Source: Candidatus Methanomethylicia archaeon
Lineage (GTDB): Archaea; Thermoproteota; Methanomethylicia; Culexarchaeales; Culexarchaeaceae
Length of the DNA: 64,000 nucleotides
Assembly: GCA_038727515.1 (NCBI GenBank)
Contig: JAVYVS010000003.1
Coordinates: 152,345 to 216,344 of the forward strand
Reading direction: 5' to 3'
The notes beneath the pieces are model-generated. The model was not told the DNA's origin. It did not search any database and saw nothing but the letters and a program-made list of their open reading frames with translations. The translations under genes and the position numbers were made by a program. Shown here piece after piece: positions 46,909-55,162 of the stretch; the stretch's first letter is position 1, and each line of letters begins with the position of its first letter.

Positions 46909-47200
46909 TTTTTCACGACCATGCTTAATATTTGCTTTATTATATCTTCCCTATTATTTTCAACTTTTTTAATAATTCTTTTGATATATTCTTCTTTCTT
47001 TTTGTTTTCAATTTCTTCATATTCTTTTATTTCATTATATACCTCGTTTCTAATTTCTTTACACCTTTTGTTTAATTCATTTTTTATTTCTTTGTTTATT
47101 ATTTCTTCTGCTTGTTTTTTTGCTTTATTTATTATATTTTCTGCTTCTATTTTCGCTTCTTCTATAATTTTTCTTGCTTCCTCCTCCGCCCTAACTATGA
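46723..47200. repeat. perfect 122-bp direct repeat (46723-46844 in atpE; 47079-47200 in atpH)
   Basis: Base-by-base identity; both encode IVRAEEEARKIIEEAKIEAENIINKAKKQAEEIINKEIKN. Confidence 0.92.
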
Positions 47201-47228
47201 CCATCAATGTTGATTTTAAACCTTCCAA
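46905..47228 (-). CDS. atpH: A-type ATP synthase subunit H (G)
   Basis: 107-aa coiled coil (AEEEA.KII..A) at the head of the H-E-F-A-B cluster. Confidence 0.75.
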   Translation of the reverse strand: MEGLKSTLMVIVRAEEEARKIIEEAKIEAENIINKAKKQAEEIINKEIKNELNKRCKEIRNEVYNEIKEYEEIENKKKEEYIKRIIKKVENNREDIIKQILSMVVKK

Positions 47229-47296
47229 ATTTTTCCCCTCATTTATTAAATTGATTTCAGAATAATTTATTTTTCAATAACAATTTAAAACTTTGT

Positions 47297-47785
47297 CTAT
47301 TTAAGCTGTTTTTCAATGTCTTCTAATTCTAATATTTTTTCACAAAATACACATCGTAGTCTTATTGGATTTTCGGAAATCACTTTAAATCTTGATACTA
47401 TTGGTTCTTTTTCGTCTCTGGTTACACATGATGTATTTATGCATTTTAATATCCCAACAACTTCATCTGGTATCTTTACCTTATATTTTTTAACAACTTC
47501 AAAATCTTTTATTATGTTTATAGTAGCAGTAGGTGCTATTAATGCTATTTTATTAACTTCATCATCCGTTAGTTCTCTTCCTTCTATTTTCACTATATCC
47601 TTTTTCCCGTATTTTTTACTTGGAACATTACATGCTACTGTTACTGTAAACCCTTCTTTGCAAGTGATTCCCAAAACTCTTAGCACACTTAATGAATAAC
47701 CAGCAGGTATGTGATCTATAACTGTGCCTTCTTTTATCTTCTCAACCTTTAGTTCCTGTTTTCTCAAAAGTCCCCCTCCCAACAT
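47297..47785 (-). CDS. pyrI: aspartate carbamoyltransferase regulatory chain
   Basis: GTVIDHIPAG, KKDIVKIE, C.N..C...C..C; true start may be TTG at 47767. Confidence 0.95.
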   Translation of the reverse strand: MLGGGLLRKQELKVEKIKEGTVIDHIPAGYSLSVLRVLGITCKEGFTVTVACNVPSKKYGKKDIVKIEGRELTDDEVNKIALIAPTATINIIKDFEVVKKYKVKIPDEVVGILKCINTSCVTRDEKEPIVSRFKVISENPIRLRCVFCEKILELEDIEKQLK

Positions 47786-47862
47786 TTGCCTTCATTATTA
47801 ATTTAACCTTTCGTTTTTGAATAAGAATATTTATCTTACTAATTTCCTTTTAAAATATATAG

Positions 47863-48798
47863 GTGTTTATGAGTCTCAGAGGACGTGATTTCATAGACGT
47901 CAGAGATTTCAACAGAAATCATTTTGATTATTTATTTAGACTGGCTGATAAAATGGAACCTTTTGCAAGATCAAGTTGTCCCCTATTAAAAGACAAAATA
48001 CTAGCTCTACTCTTTTTTGAACCTAGTACAAGAACTAAGTTAAGTTTCGAAGCTGCTATGTTACGTTTAGGGGGGAATGTCATTGGTTTCTCTGAACCTT
48101 CTTCCTCATCAGTAGCCAAAGGTGAAAGTTTGGCAGATACAGTACGTGTTGTTGAAAATTATAGTGATTGTATAGTTATAAGACATCCATTAGAGGGGGC
48201 AGCAAAATTAGCAGCCGACTTCGCAAAAATACCTGTGATAAATGCTGGATCTGGAGCATTATCACATCCCACGCAAGCACTATTAGATGTTTATACTATT
48301 TATAGAGAAAAGGGCAAGATAGATGGACTTAATATAGCTCTCATTGGAGATTTAAAATATGGACGTACTGTGCATTCATTAGCATATGCACTTGCATTCT
48401 ATGATGTGAACATATACTTTGTTTCTCCTCCAGAATTACGTATGCGTCGTGAAATAATAGAAGACTTAAAAAAGATTGGTGTAAAGTTTAAAGAATATTA
48501 TGAATTGACAAATGAAATTTTAAATGAAATTGATGTTTTATACGTAACAAGAATACAAAAAGAACGTTTTATAGATCCAAATGAATATCAAAAAGTTAAA
48601 AATGCATATAAGATTACTGCTGAAACCTTAAAAAATTGTAAATCTGATCTTATTGTGCTTCATCCTTTGCCACGAGTAGATGAATTAGATTATAGCGTGG
48701 ATTTTTCACCTAAAGCTAAGTATTTTGTACAAACTTATTATGGTCTCCTAATAAGAATGGCATTACTCTATGCAATATTAGGGGAAGGGTCGTTATAA
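47863..48798 (+). CDS. pyrB: aspartate carbamoyltransferase catalytic chain
   Basis: FFEPSTRT, HPTQALLD, GDLKYGRTVHSL, HPLPR. Confidence 0.96.
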   Translation: MFMSLRGRDFIDVRDFNRNHFDYLFRLADKMEPFARSSCPLLKDKILALLFFEPSTRTKLSFEAAMLRLGGNVIGFSEPSSSSVAKGESLADTVRVVENYSDCIVIRHPLEGAAKLAADFAKIPVINAGSGALSHPTQALLDVYTIYREKGKIDGLNIALIGDLKYGRTVHSLAYALAFYDVNIYFVSPPELRMRREIIEDLKKIGVKFKEYYELTNEILNEIDVLYVTRIQKERFIDPNEYQKVKNAYKITAETLKNCKSDLIVLHPLPRVDELDYSVDFSPKAKYFVQTYYGLLIRMALLYAILGEGSL

Positions 48799-48842
48799 AA
48801 TCAATGTTGCTATCGTTTTTATTTTTACAATTTGTCTCTAGT

Positions 48843-51056
48843 TTATAATAATGAATACTCTTCAATAATTTTTAAATTCTCTTCCCTCCTATACACATTT
48901 AACTTCTTAGAATAATATACTAAACTGGACAAAGAACTCCCACAAAAATTACATTTTTCACGTTTCCCATAAATGAATGACTTACACTTCCTACAATACG
49001 TATAATCTCTTGTAAATGTAAAAATAGCTAGTTTCTTTTCATTCATTAATCTTTTTAGATACTCATACAAATCATTGATTGATAATATTGGTTCTTTAAT
49101 GTTAATTTTAAAATAATGCCCTCCAAGAAATTTTTTATGAAATATAGACTCAACTTCAATTCTTTTGTTTAATGGCACATTTTCTTCATATGGAATTATT
49201 GTATTAAATGTATACCCACTTACCTTTCTATCAATTTTTTCTTCTATTACTTTAAATCCATAACGGATTCCATCTGATATTAAAAATCTTCTGCCTGCAT
49301 CTTCGATACTGACTTCAGTTAGACGTATATACCCTTTTTCCTTTATTATTGCCGTAATTTCATCAACAATTTTTTTAGAAAGATTCATTACGTTTTTCGA
49401 TTCCTGTATGTATTTTCCTGTATGTATTTTTAATGCTTCATATAGTCCTACTAATCCAATATTCCCTAATAGCACATCAGTAGGAGAGTACTTCTCTATG
49501 GAGTTTTTAGTAGATAGGAATGGCAATATTCCTTTACTTGTTCTTTCCATTATTCTATTTCTCCCTTCTTCCAAAGCTTTTATACTTATATCAATACTTT
49601 CATTTATTTTTGAAAAGAATCTTCCATCATCTCCTTTAGCTTCTAAGGCTATTCTGGGCAGATTAATTAAAATAGTTCCTGCAACGCAACTATTGCTTAC
49701 TAACGATATATTCCTTTCTAATCTTGTAAGATCCCAGCAGTAGCTTGCTATATTATTATTTTCCCAATCTATATTCACTATAACTGGTACACACCATTTA
49801 AGAATCAATTCACATACTCTACTAATTTCATTTTGAACATTTGAATCATTAAGTGAATGTGAATCCAATTTTATTATAGGTAAAGGTGTGAGAAAAGGTC
49901 TTTTAGCATCATCCCCATCTATGAATACTTCAACAAAAGCTCTAAATAGCAATAATTTTTCCTCAAATAATTCTTCTTTTAAGCTTTTATCGAGTCGCAA
50001 TCCTATAGCAAATGGTTGTGGGTTTCCCATAAAATCCAGTATTTGATTTAAATGTACTATTGCACACTTTATCTTCTTTAATATTTCATCATATTTCATG
50101 TTGCCAATAAATGTTGCCAACATCACGTTTATGTCATCAATAACTTGTCCTACTGAGATATAATTTCTCATAATATGGATTATCTTAACTATTTTCTCTA
50201 AAGCTTCATCTAAACTTTTACTTTTTTTTATAGTTGGTATAAAGCTTTCTAAATTTTCAAAATTCAATTCACTTTCTATAACCCACGAACTGTCATAATG
50301 GATACTTTCAGGTATAATTCCAAAATATGGTAAACTGTTTATATTTATTAAACCAGAAATATGTGCATCGGAAATCTCTCTTGGTAATCCTCTAATTAAC
50401 ATATATTCACTTATCACCGCGCTTCCTGACCTGAGATAAAGAGTTAAAGGCGGCATTAATGTTTGATTAATTTCACTAATCGTTTTTCTAACGTCGTAAA
50501 CTGGTAATCCTAACCTTGTCATAGCATGTCTATAGTCTTCTAACCCTCGCTCTAGTAGTATAGAATTTACTATTTCTCTTATGAGAGGTGCAGTTAAATA
50601 TTTTATGTTACTTCTAAGAATTCTTTCCTCTGCTTCTTCTGCTATTTCTTCAGCAATGGATCTTGGGGCTTCTGCTTCTCTTATTATTGCTTCTACTATT
50701 TTCCTTTTTTCAAATGGTTCCATAGTTAAATTTGAAGTTCTTACTAAAATTTTTTTATTTTCCCTCATTACATTTTCTTCCAAATTTTTTAGTAACAACG
50801 CTATTCCAATTCCCAATTCTGTTAATTCATATCTTCCTTTTTTCTCCTTTTCTTTTATAATACCTGCGTCAATCAACAATTTTAAATGATGTGTAAATTT
50901 TCCAGAATCAATTTTAGGGTTCATTTCGAGTTCTAACATTAAATCTGTAAAACTGTTTTCCTTTGCATTATATAAGTTCAATATTATTTTTCTACGAATA
51001 GGATTTCCCACAGCTTTCAAGACTTTGTTTAAGTTTTCTTCATATATCTTATGCAT
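48843..51056 (-). CDS. ArsR-HTH + ATP-cone + degenerate class III ribonucleotide reductase (NrdD-like) fusion
   Basis: NPIRRKII...GKFTHHLK HTH; VRTS...LTAPLIRE ATP-cone; AHISG.I, INLPRIA, IGLVGL.E, GGH, CxxC-CxxC; no RITGY-type glycyl-radical motif. Confidence 0.8.
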   Translation of the reverse strand: MHKIYEENLNKVLKAVGNPIRRKIILNLYNAKENSFTDLMLELEMNPKIDSGKFTHHLKLLIDAGIIKEKEKKGRYELTELGIGIALLLKNLEENVMRENKKILVRTSNLTMEPFEKRKIVEAIIREAEAPRSIAEEIAEEAEERILRSNIKYLTAPLIREIVNSILLERGLEDYRHAMTRLGLPVYDVRKTISEINQTLMPPLTLYLRSGSAVISEYMLIRGLPREISDAHISGLININSLPYFGIIPESIHYDSSWVIESELNFENLESFIPTIKKSKSLDEALEKIVKIIHIMRNYISVGQVIDDINVMLATFIGNMKYDEILKKIKCAIVHLNQILDFMGNPQPFAIGLRLDKSLKEELFEEKLLLFRAFVEVFIDGDDAKRPFLTPLPIIKLDSHSLNDSNVQNEISRVCELILKWCVPVIVNIDWENNNIASYCWDLTRLERNISLVSNSCVAGTILINLPRIALEAKGDDGRFFSKINESIDISIKALEEGRNRIMERTSKGILPFLSTKNSIEKYSPTDVLLGNIGLVGLYEALKIHTGKYIQESKNVMNLSKKIVDEITAIIKEKGYIRLTEVSIEDAGRRFLISDGIRYGFKVIEEKIDRKVSGYTFNTIIPYEENVPLNKRIEVESIFHKKFLGGHYFKINIKEPILSINDLYEYLKRLMNEKKLAIFTFTRDYTYCRKCKSFIYGKREKCNFCGSSLSSLVYYSKKLNVYRREENLKIIEEYSLL

Positions 51057-51118
51057 ACACAGTAATATCTTGTTAGATGCTGCTATATTACTGTTATCAT
51101 TGCAATAAACTTTTATTT

Positions 51119-51841
51119 TTAGTTACCCTTTTTGTTAGTCTTTTTATTAGAAATATTTTTTAAATTGTTAATAAGTTCATCTTCGCTTTCCGCATGCGAT
51201 AGAACTAGTGGAATTTGTTCTAATGTAGCTAACCTTATTGCTAATTTATCAACTTTTTCCGTGCCATGCATAACAACCATTGCAGGTTTTATTGGATGCA
51301 CCCTTATTGCGACCATAGGTGATCTTCCCGTACTTACCTTTGTGAATACTAACGCCCTCATAGATGTTTCTCCCATTAATCTAAAGAAATCCGTTCCCGA
51401 AAGGCTTTCTATGCATTTTATGCTATCAACTATTGTATGACCAAAAATTTTTCTATCTATCATATGGTTGCAAGCAACTATTTCTCCTTTTACACATACA
51501 CAAATATCATTTACAGTAACAGGTTCAGCATATTCTCTTATATCAATGATTACATCCTTTTGAATACCAGTCATTAGATTCATATACTCTTTAATAGTTT
51601 TACCCCCTCTTTTTTTATCTATTTCTATTAGTGTCATTACAAATTTTTTTATAAACTTTGATCCCGGATTTCTTCTTCCTCCCTCATAATCACTTATCAC
51701 CGAAGACGTTACATTCATATTGATGGCAATTTCCGATTGTGTGATCTTAAATATTTCTCTCCATTTTTTAATGATTATCCATGGTTTATCAGATAATGTT
51801 ATCTCTCCAGCAATTCTTTTTGCTAATTCTTCTTCAATCAT
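51119..51841 (-). CDS. XRE-HTH transcriptional regulator (COG1709-like)
   Basis: IAGEITLS, KKWRE.F, SVISDYE.GRR.PG, FTKVSTGRSPMVAIRV. Confidence 0.88.
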   Translation of the reverse strand: MIEEELAKRIAGEITLSDKPWIIIKKWREIFKITQSEIAINMNVTSSVISDYEGGRRNPGSKFIKKFVMTLIEIDKKRGGKTIKEYMNLMTGIQKDVIIDIREYAEPVTVNDICVCVKGEIVACNHMIDRKIFGHTIVDSIKCIESLSGTDFFRLMGETSMRALVFTKVSTGRSPMVAIRVHPIKPAMVVMHGTEKVDKLAIRLATLEQIPLVLSHAESEDELINNLKNISNKKTNKKGN

Positions 51842-51920
51842 CTTATATCACAATCAACATTTATTTAAATTAATTGTAGAATAAATTTATTAATGTTTAT
51901 ACAAATTTAAGAATCTATTA

Positions 51921-52009
51921 GGGGCCGTAGGCTAGCTTGGAAGGCTGCGGGGTTAGGAGTATCCCCCCATTGGGTCCCCGTGACCGGAGTTCAAATCTCC
52001 GCGGCCCCA
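51921..52009 (+). tRNA. tRNA-Pro(TGG) with 16-nt non-canonical intron at 33/34 (51955-51970)
   Basis: GGGGCCG/CGGCCCC; removing AGGAGTATCCCCCCAT gives loop TT-TGG-GT; BHB with GGGG/CCCC helix. Confidence 0.88.
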
Positions 52010-52088
52010 CATTATTTATGTTATTGTAAAGTATGAAAACAAATCTTAAAACAAGCAAATAAAGATAAATTTTTCACACAATATAAAT

Positions 52089-52574
52089 ATGTTGACTGAT
52101 TACATGAATGACCTTATAGATCTAGAAAGCATAAAAATCAGAGAAGCCCGTATGGATGATATAAGAAAAATATACTCCATCGAAGAAAAATCTTTTGATG
52201 AAAGAGATTTATATCCAATAGAGCTATTAAAGTTTTATTTAAATATTTCACCAAAAACTTTTCTTGTTGCTGAAATTTCCGGAGAAGTAATAGGCTATGT
52301 AATAGCTGTTGTTAGACGAGGTTACATTGGGCATATTGTTTCAATAGCAGTCGAACCATCCTTTAGACAAAAAGGCGTAGGACGAATGTTAATGAATAAA
52401 ATCGAAGAAACTTTAGAAAGTCTAGGATGTATAATTTTAAGACTTGAAGTCAGTGAAAAAAACTTTGCTGCACGATTCCTCTATTTAAACCTCGGTTTTT
52501 TAGAAGCATACACGATTCCTAATTATTATTGTAACGGTTGCTCTGCGATAGTTATGTTTAAGTTAAAGAAATAA
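52089..52574 (+). CDS. rimI: RimI/Ard1-type N-acetyltransferase
   Basis: GHIVSIAV...R.KGVG, LEV...N..A..LY..LGF, NYY. Confidence 0.88.
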   Translation: MLTDYMNDLIDLESIKIREARMDDIRKIYSIEEKSFDERDLYPIELLKFYLNISPKTFLVAEISGEVIGYVIAVVRRGYIGHIVSIAVEPSFRQKGVGRMLMNKIEETLESLGCIILRLEVSEKNFAARFLYLNLGFLEAYTIPNYYCNGCSAIVMFKLKK

Positions 52575-53712
52575 CATCATCAAAAGTCAATATAGTTATT
52601 GAAGGGGGGCGTCTGACAACACTTCCAATTCTTGCGCCGATTATGTATTTAACATCTTTTTCTCCAGCGGTGTCTATTATCCTTTGCGTAATAACACCAT
52701 CAAAAATTATCCCATAAACTTTGTTTTGTTGTTGGATTTCAAATATTAGATCCCTGACGGAAGTTTCCTTTATTTTCTCTCCTTTTTCATCATATAATGT
52801 TGCCTTTAAAGTTCCTATATGTTCTTTAACTTTCTCTTCAATGTTTTCAGGTAATGCTACTTTTATTTTTTCTACATGTTTTCTGGTTTGCTGTTCAAAA
52901 TATTCTTTTGCAGGAATTATATTTGATAAGCATTTTGATATTTCTTTAGCTGTTAATTCTTCGACTTCTTTTCCAGGGGGCGCTTGAGCTATATAATCTA
53001 TATCCGCCACTTGTAATAACTCTTTTAATATAAGTTCACCTGCTCTATCACCATCAACAAATGCTATTGTAGTCTTTGTTTTTGATAATTCGATTATTGT
53101 TTTTGGTATGGAAGCCCCCTCTATTGCTATTGCGTTTTTATATCCATGTTTTAATAAATTAATGACATCTGCTCTTCCCTCCACTATTATAATAGTATCA
53201 TCAACTGCAACATTTGGTCCTGCTGGCAATTGATCTTCACCAAATTTTATTATATCTAAGGCTCTTACTTCTTTGATTATTTTCTCTAAAATTTCTTGAG
53301 TATCCACTTCCTTTTCCTTTTTCCATTTGTCCAATATCTCTTTAGCTCGTTCAATGATTTGCTCCCTTTTCTTTTCTCTTAAGTCTTCTATTGATTTAAG
53401 ATAAAATTTTGCTGTACATGGACCAACTTTATCTATAGTTTCTATAGCTGCAATTATTAGTGCCGTTTCTGCTTTATCTAAACTTGATGGTATTATTATT
53501 TCACCGATAGTTTTCCCTCCCTCATTATTTAACTTTACTTCTATCCTGCTAATTCTACCAGTCCTTTGTAATTCTCTTAGATCAAGTTCTTCTCCTAATA
53601 GCCCCTCGGTTTGACCAAAAATAGCTCCTATAATATCTGGTTTTTCAACAATGCCATCTACTTCGAATCCCATGGTCACATTATATTTTGCTGTAATAGG
53701 CACTCCTCCCAT
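52558..53712 (-). CDS. dnaG: archaeal DnaG (exosome-associated TOPRIM protein)
   Basis: VEKPDIIGAIFGQTEGLLG, IIVEGRADV, DGDRAG. Confidence 0.95.
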   Translation of the reverse strand: MGGVPITAKYNVTMGFEVDGIVEKPDIIGAIFGQTEGLLGEELDLRELQRTGRISRIEVKLNNEGGKTIGEIIIPSSLDKAETALIIAAIETIDKVGPCTAKFYLKSIEDLREKKREQIIERAKEILDKWKKEKEVDTQEILEKIIKEVRALDIIKFGEDQLPAGPNVAVDDTIIIVEGRADVINLLKHGYKNAIAIEGASIPKTIIELSKTKTTIAFVDGDRAGELILKELLQVADIDYIAQAPPGKEVEELTAKEISKCLSNIIPAKEYFEQQTRKHVEKIKVALPENIEEKVKEHIGTLKATLYDEKGEKIKETSVRDLIFEIQQQNKVYGIIFDGVITQRIIDTAGEKDVKYIIGARIGSVVRRPPSITILTFDDVISLT

Positions 53713-53837
53713 ACTGTTAACACCTTCTAGATTTCCCCCACTATTAATCAAGGTTCATCTTTTTAATAGTACCAAAATTTATAATTTTTGCGTATCTATT
53801 ATATAGTGTTAGTTAGTATATTAATTAATTTACTTAT

Positions 53838-53911
53838 GCCTCGGTAGCTCAGCTCGGTAGAGCGGCGGCCTCGTAAGCCGTTGGTCGCGGGTTCAAATCC
53901 CGCCCGAGGCT
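53838..53911 (+). tRNA. tRNA-Thr(CGT)
   Basis: GCCTCGG/CCGAGGC-T; loop CT-CGT-AA. Confidence 0.95.
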
Positions 53912-54014
53912 TTAGCTTTCTAGCTTAACTCTTTTTCATATTCCTCATTTTTTTGGTACTAAAAGCAAAACCATGTAATTTCAAAAAGAGTGAAAACATT
54001 CTAGCACCTTTGAT

Positions 54015-54179
54015 TGGTGGGGCCGGTGGGATTTGAACCCACGACCAACGGGTTTCCCCTAGCTCCAGAGCATCATCATTAATTCAGATTTATTTTCTAT
54101 ACAGCTCTGGAGCCCGCCGCTCTACCTTACTGAGCTACGGCTTATCGCCTTTTTCAAGTCCCGACCCTTATACGGCCCC
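54015..54179 (-). tRNA. tRNA-Trp(CCA) with 53-nt intron at 37/38 (54054-54106) and a 35-nt insertion near the 5' end (54136-54170); CCA encoded
   Basis: GGGGCCG/CGGCCCC-ACCA; stem GCGGG/CCCGT; loop CT-CCA-G|A; cloverleaf is complete only if both inserts are removed. Confidence 0.82.
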
Positions 54180-54419
54180 AAAAAAATTAATTACAAAATT
54201 ATATGTAAACTTTTTTCTTAATGCTAATTTTAAATACTATTATATATAACAATAAAGATAGAGGGATTATTCAAAATAGAAATGAAAACATAAAAGTTCT
54301 AATAAGTTATCAAATACCATTGACTAAATTTATGAACCAAAAAAGAGTAATGAATAAAAGTGCTAAAAAGAATATTTAATCTATTTAAATACCTTGTTTA
54401 TTTGTTTTATTGATGTTAA

Positions 54420-54875
54420 ATGGAAGAGGTTGTAGCTGTCGGAGGAACTTTTGATAATCTTCATTTAGGTCATGTTCAATTATTATTAAAATGTTTTGAG
54501 ATTAGTGAACATGTTATCATTGGTATTACTAGTGATAAATTCGTTAAAAGTAAAAATCATTTCATTGATCCATTAGAAAAGCGGGAAAATGGATTACTTT
54601 CATTTCTAAAATTCTTTGGAGTAAATAAACATGTAAACGTAATAGTACTTAACGATCATTATGGTCCAACAATACATGATGAAAATATTTCATCTATTGT
54701 AGTGAGCGAAGAAACTTTAAAACGTGCTGTTGAAATAAACAAGATCCGTGCGGGTAAGGGGCTTAAACCATTAAAGATCTTTTTTATACCATTATCTAAA
54801 GACATAGATTTAAGACCAATTTCTTCAACAAAACTAAGACGTAAAGAAAGATTTTGTGAAAAGTTCCTTTTTTAA
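54420..54875 (+). CDS. coaD: phosphopantetheine adenylyltransferase
   Basis: VGGTFD.LH.GH, D.YGP, IVVSEET, IN..R...GL.PL, ISST. Confidence 0.9.
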   Translation: MEEVVAVGGTFDNLHLGHVQLLLKCFEISEHVIIGITSDKFVKSKNHFIDPLEKRENGLLSFLKFFGVNKHVNVIVLNDHYGPTIHDENISSIVVSEETLKRAVEINKIRAGKGLKPLKIFFIPLSKDIDLRPISSTKLRRKERFCEKFLF

Positions 54876-54897
54876 ATTACAACTTGTAAGGTGATAC

Positions 54898-55096
54898 ATG
54901 TTATATAGGTGGAGTGATTGTACCCCGTAAGCGATCACCATTTTTCATTGTGAGAATTTACTTCTCTCTCCAATGGCTCTCTCACTTACGGGTAATGTTA
55001 TATCACTCCACCTAAGGGGTTTCCCGCATGTGGGTAACCCTGGGATTCATTGGATTGTACTCATCCAGGTCCGTCTAATGCGGTTTACCCCTGATT
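54898..55096 (-). ncRNA. structured two-hairpin K-turn RNA (H/ACA-like)
   Basis: GC-rich intergenic island; stems AGGGGT/ACCCCT, CCGCAT/ATGCGG, CCTGG/CCAGG and TAGGTGGAGTGAT/ATCACTCCACCTA, CCCGTAAGTGA/TCGCTTACGGG; GA...NNNGA motifs; 3' ACA; upstream TTTATTTA. Confidence 0.65.
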
Positions 55097-55162
55097 TTAA
55101 TAAAACCTTCATACTTAAATAAATTTTACTTAGTTCTCTTACATACATAATATGGCGTCTAC

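Noticed and set aside
54898-55096. SRP (7S) RNA
   Set aside because: Too short and lacks the helix-8 GNAR/AGCAG signature.
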